From Myxococcota bacterium (GTDB lineage: Bacteria; Myxococcota; JACRCW01), in the NCBI GenBank assembly GCA_040752415.1, contig JBFMGU010000009.1, positions 18,275-82,274 on the forward strand: a DNA stretch of 64,000 nucleotides, written 5' to 3'. Under the pieces are notes generated by a model. The model was given only the letters and a program-made list of their open reading frames with translations, ran no database searches and was not told where the DNA came from. This document shows, piece by piece, positions 60,358-64,000 of this stretch (within the stretch, counting starts at the first letter, position 1; each line of letters begins with the position of its first letter). A program made the translations under genes and the position numbers.

Positions 60358-63300
60358 GTGAATTGTCGTCGGTTTGCACACGCCGGCATCGTCATGGCGA
60401 TGCTGGGCATCCAGGCATGCACCACCACGGGTGGTGAGGAAACCACCAGCTCCAGCAGCTCCTCGGGCCAGGCCAGCGGCTCCTCGTCCGGACAAGCGTC
60501 CAGCTCGTCGGGACAGGCATCCGGCTCCTCGGGCCAGGCCAGCTCCTCGGGCGAGACAAGCTCCTCGGGACAGGCGTCCAGCTCCTCGGGCCAGGCGTCC
60601 AGCTCCTCGGGCCAGGCGTCCAGCTCCTCGGGCCAGGCGTCCAGCTCGTCGGGACAGGCGTCCAGCTCCTCGGGCCAGGCGTCCAGCTCCTCCGGCCAGG
60701 CGTCCAGCTCTTCCGGCCAGGCGTCCAGCTCCTCCGGTCAGGCGTCCAGCTCGTCGTCGTCAGGCGGCGTGCCGGAGTGCGGCAACGGCGTGGTGGAGGG
60801 CAATGAGGGCTGTGACCCGCCCGACGGTGAGACCTGCGACGAGAACTGCCGTCCCATCGAGGGCGTGTGCGGCAACGGCGAGGTGGAGCGCGGCGAGCAG
60901 TGCGACCCGCCCGACGGCACCACCTGCGACGACGCGTGCCAGAACATCCCGCTCCACGTCTGCGGCGACAACACCGTGGACGAGGGCGAGGAGTGCGACC
61001 CGCCCCAGCGCGACCTGTGCGACGACACCTGCCAGCGCGTCCCGGTGTGCGGCGACAGCCTGGTGGATGACCCCGAGACCTGCGACCCGCCCGACGGCGT
61101 GGCGTGCAGCGACACCTGCACCATCATCCGCACCGACGTGGAGACGGTCTGCGACAACTTCCTGGACGAGGACGCGGACGGTCTCTACGACTGCCACGAC
61201 GACACCAACTGCCTGGGCACGGCGGCGTGCGCTCCGGGCGCGGGAGCCGCGGGCTCGGCCTGCCGTTTCAACACCGACTGCGCGGCCACCGGCGGTGACC
61301 CGGCCTGCATCTCGGAGACCTTCGGCTACCCGGGCGGCTACTGCAGCGAGTGGTGCAGCGTGGAGGACCAGGACTGCGGTGAGGGCGCGGTGTGCCTGGA
61401 CGCCGGCATCGGCGACGGGACCGGCCTCTGCTACCAGGCCTGCACCCCGGACCGCGGCTGCGACACGCCGGGCTACCAGTGCGTGGCCACCGACGACACC
61501 AACACCACGCACATCTGCTACCCCGGCTGCACCGACGACACGCAGTGCCCCACCACCGGCGCGTGCGACGAGACCACTGGTGCGTGCGTGACGCTCCCGG
61601 TGTGCGGCAACGGCGTGCAGGAGCAGGGTGAGCAGTGCGACCCGCCCAACGGCACCACCTGCGACGAGCAGTGCCAGGTGGTGGCGCCGCAGGGCTGGAC
61701 CTGCAACCCCGCCTACTACGGCACCAACGACGGCTGCGACTGCGGCTGCGGCGTGGCCGACCCCGACTGCGCCGACGCCACGGCGGCCTCGTGCGAGTTC
61801 TGCAACGACGAGGGCGGCTGCAACGGCAACAACGCCTGCCCGGGCATCATTGACGAGACCGACAACAGCACCTGCCGCGCCACCTCCTGCGGTGACAACG
61901 TGGTGGAGGGCCTGGAGCAGTGCGAGCCGCCGGGCACCGACACCTGCGACGCCAACTGCCGCATCATCACCGTGTGCGGGAACGACATCCTGGAGGAGGG
62001 CGAGGAGTGCGACCCGCCGGACGGCGCCAACTGCGACGACCAGTGCAAGATCATCCCCGCGGTCTGCGGCAACGGCATCCTGCAGTTCGGCGAGCAGTGC
62101 GACCCCAACCCGCCCAATCCGGAGGTCTGCGACGCCAACTGCCAGATCATCGTCCCGCAGGGCTGGACCTGTTACGCGGGCTACTACGGTACGCGCGACG
62201 GTTGCGACTGCGGCTGCGGCGTGGTGGACCCGGACTGCGCCGACGCCACCGTGGAGTCCTGCGAATACTGCAACGGCGAGGGCGGCTGCAACGGCAACAA
62301 CGCCTGCCCCGGCATCATCAACGCCACCGACAACAGCACCTGTGATGCGCCCGACTGCGGCAACGGCGTGAAGGAGGGCACGGAGGAGTGCGACCCGCCC
62401 GACGGCACCACCTGCGACGTGGACTGCACGCTGCTGCCCTTCTGCGGCAACTTCGTCGTGGAGGAGGGCGAGGCGTGTGACCCGCCGGACGGCACCACCT
62501 GCGACGTGAACTGCCAGCCGCTGGTCCCGCAGGGTTGGACCTGCGACCCCAGCTACTTCGGTCGCGGCGACGGGTGTGACTGCGGATGCGGCGTGCTGGA
62601 CGCGGACTGCGCGGACAACACCGGCGCCTCCTGCACCTACGACAACTGCATCCCGCCGGGCTACGCCAATCCCGCCGACAACAGCCAATGCCTGACCGCG
62701 CAGTGCGGCAACAACGTGGTGGAGCCGGGCGAGGGCTGCGAGCCGCCGGGCAGCGACACCTGCGACGCGGAGTGCCAGCGCATCCCGGTGTGCGGCGACG
62801 GTGTGGTGGAGGGCAATGAGCAGTGTGAGCCGCCGGGCAGCGCCACCTGCGACGCCAACTGCCTGGTCATTGTCCCGCAGGGTTGGACCTGCGACCCGAA
62901 CTACTTCGGTCGTGGCGACGGGTGTGACTGCGGCTGCGGCGTGGTGGACGCGGACTGCGCGGATGCCACGGTGGCTTCCTGCAACTACAACAACTGCCCG
63001 GATCCGCAGTACGTGAATCCCAATGACAGCACGCAGTGCGTGACGCCGCAGTGTGGCAACAACCTGGTGGAGCGCGGTGAGCAGTGCGACCCGCCCGACG
63101 GCACCACCTGCGACCAGCAGTGCCAGCGCATCGTGCCGGGGACCTGGACGTGCAACCCCGCCTACTACGGGGCGAACGACGGCTGCGACTGCGGCTGCGT
63201 GGAGCTGGACCCCGACTGCGCCAGCGCGACGGCCACGTGCGACTACGAGTACTGCGACGGGGATACCTTCCCGGATCCCACCGACAACACGCAGTGCATC

Positions 63301-63852
63301 ACCGGTCAGTGTGGCAACAACGTGCTGGAGCCGGGTGAGGGTTGTGAGCCGCCCAACACCGCCACCTGCGACGCCAACTGCCAGGTCGTGGCACCGCAGG
63401 GCTGGACCTGCTCGCCGGCCTACTACGGTGACCAGTCGTGCGACTGCGGCTGTGGCGTGCTGGACTCCGACTGCGCGTCCATCACCGCGGATTGCGGGTA
63501 CAACAACTGTCCCGGCGGCGGCGAGCCGGACCCCGCCGACAACACCCAGTGCGTGGGCGGCGCGGTGTGCGGCAACAACACCGTGGAGGCGGGTGAGGAG
63601 TGCGACCCGCCGGCCTCGGGCACCTGCGACGACGCCTGCCAGTGGATTGTCCCGCAGGCCTGGACCTGCAACCCGGACTACTACGGCCACGGCCCCGCGG
63701 ACGGCTGCGACTGCGGCTGCGGCGTGGTGGACCCGGACTGCGGCGGCCAGACCGCGGACCTGTGCCAGTACTGCACCAACGAGGGTTCCTGTGCCGCGGA
63801 CCAGGTGGACTGCAGCACCATCAACCCCAACAACAACGCGCAGTGTCTCTGA
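60358..63852 (+). CDS. Cys-rich repeat surface lipoprotein (myxobacterial CGN..E.CD repeats and GCDCGCG modules)
   Basis: Lipobox IQAC; GQASSSS linker; 15 CG[ND]...E.C[DE]P repeats; 7 WTC...CDCGC modules; GGAGG RBS. Confidence 0.88.
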   Translation: MNCRRFAHAGIVMAMLGIQACTTTGGEETTSSSSSSGQASGSSSGQASSSSGQASGSSGQASSSGETSSSGQASSSSGQASSSSGQASSSSGQASSSSGQASSSSGQASSSSGQASSSSGQASSSSGQASSSSSSGGVPECGNGVVEGNEGCDPPDGETCDENCRPIEGVCGNGEVERGEQCDPPDGTTCDDACQNIPLHVCGDNTVDEGEECDPPQRDLCDDTCQRVPVCGDSLVDDPETCDPPDGVACSDTCTIIRTDVETVCDNFLDEDADGLYDCHDDTNCLGTAACAPGAGAAGSACRFNTDCAATGGDPACISETFGYPGGYCSEWCSVEDQDCGEGAVCLDAGIGDGTGLCYQACTPDRGCDTPGYQCVATDDTNTTHICYPGCTDDTQCPTTGACDETTGACVTLPVCGNGVQEQGEQCDPPNGTTCDEQCQVVAPQGWTCNPAYYGTNDGCDCGCGVADPDCADATAASCEFCNDEGGCNGNNACPGIIDETDNSTCRATSCGDNVVEGLEQCEPPGTDTCDANCRIITVCGNDILEEGEECDPPDGANCDDQCKIIPAVCGNGILQFGEQCDPNPPNPEVCDANCQIIVPQGWTCYAGYYGTRDGCDCGCGVVDPDCADATVESCEYCNGEGGCNGNNACPGIINATDNSTCDAPDCGNGVKEGTEECDPPDGTTCDVDCTLLPFCGNFVVEEGEACDPPDGTTCDVNCQPLVPQGWTCDPSYFGRGDGCDCGCGVLDADCADNTGASCTYDNCIPPGYANPADNSQCLTAQCGNNVVEPGEGCEPPGSDTCDAECQRIPVCGDGVVEGNEQCEPPGSATCDANCLVIVPQGWTCDPNYFGRGDGCDCGCGVVDADCADATVASCNYNNCPDPQYVNPNDSTQCVTPQCGNNLVERGEQCDPPDGTTCDQQCQRIVPGTWTCNPAYYGANDGCDCGCVELDPDCASATATCDYEYCDGDTFPDPTDNTQCITGQCGNNVLEPGEGCEPPNTATCDANCQVVAPQGWTCSPAYYGDQSCDCGCGVLDSDCASITADCGYNNCPGGGEPDPADNTQCVGGAVCGNNTVEAGEECDPPASGTCDDACQWIVPQAWTCNPDYYGHGPADGCDCGCGVVDPDCGGQTADLCQYCTNEGSCAADQVDCSTINPNNNAQCL
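60568..60756 (+). repeat. 21-bp tandem repeat x9 encoding GQASSSS
   Basis: GGNCAGGCGTCCAGCTCNTCN at 21-bp spacing from 60568; degenerate copies upstream. Confidence 0.92.
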
Positions 63853-63865
63853 GCTGACCTGAGCC

Positions 63866-63902
63866 CTCCCGCGACGTGCGCTTCCTCCGTGCGTCGCGGG
63901 AG
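63866..63902 (+). terminator. GC-rich stem-loop after the Cys-rich lipoprotein gene
   Basis: CTCCCGCGACG...CGTCGCGGGAG, 11-bp perfect stem 13 bp after the stop; no clear U-tract. Confidence 0.5.
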
Positions 63903-64000
63903 CCCTCTCCTTCCCCATTCTGTCCGTTGTTTCCGGCGGGTGGCGGGTTGGCCCCCCCACCCGGCCGCCTCGCGGTTTCACCGGTTTCACGTCGTGGCGG

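Noticed and set aside
60568..60756. Regular short repeats as a CRISPR array (also the heptamer elements)
   Set aside because: No unique spacers and no cas genes; these are coding or simple tandem repeats
60760..63990. Long antisense ORFs (also 41374..43989, 6809..8761, 3599..6091, 31631..33847)
   Set aside because: Stop-poor shadows of GC3-rich genes on the opposite strand; no motifs

Overview
High-GC bacterial chromosomal segment, very likely Myxococcota (MYXO-CTERM sorting signal, myxobacterial Cys-rich repeats, GltD/AgmU-like TPR protein, DUF4388/J-like protein). About 50 CDSs; no rRNA, tRNA, CRISPR array or transposase was recognised. Housekeeping content: pckG, endonuclease III, iaaA, an FKBP PPIase and a six-gene Xanthomonas-type arginine operon (argF'-argG-argE-argB(A)-argC-argH). 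Accessory content: many large surface proteins/lipoproteins with Ser-rich linkers, three GT-C-type membrane glycosyltransferases, a CYP51-like P450, a leaderless LysM-goose-type lysozyme converging on a leaderless papain-like peptidase, and two families of intergenic palindromic repeats. Best-supported hidden feature: two ORF-track fragments (52141-52539 and 52558-52863, minus strand) form one peroxiredoxin-like gene whose in-frame TGA gives a UxxC motif and is followed by a SECIS-like hairpin, i.e. a probable selenoprotein. Best candidates for undescribed systems: (i) a coupled operon of a degenerate LysA-like PLP enzyme, an atypical SDR, a methyltransferase and a TMTC-like glycosyltransferase; (ii) a twice-repeated pairing of a Cys-knot lipoprotein with a Cys-pair/Pro-linker/Gly-rich-helix partner; (iii) the lysozyme/peptidase putative effector pair. 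All family calls come from motif recognition by eye; no database search was run, and start codons were adjusted by hand.
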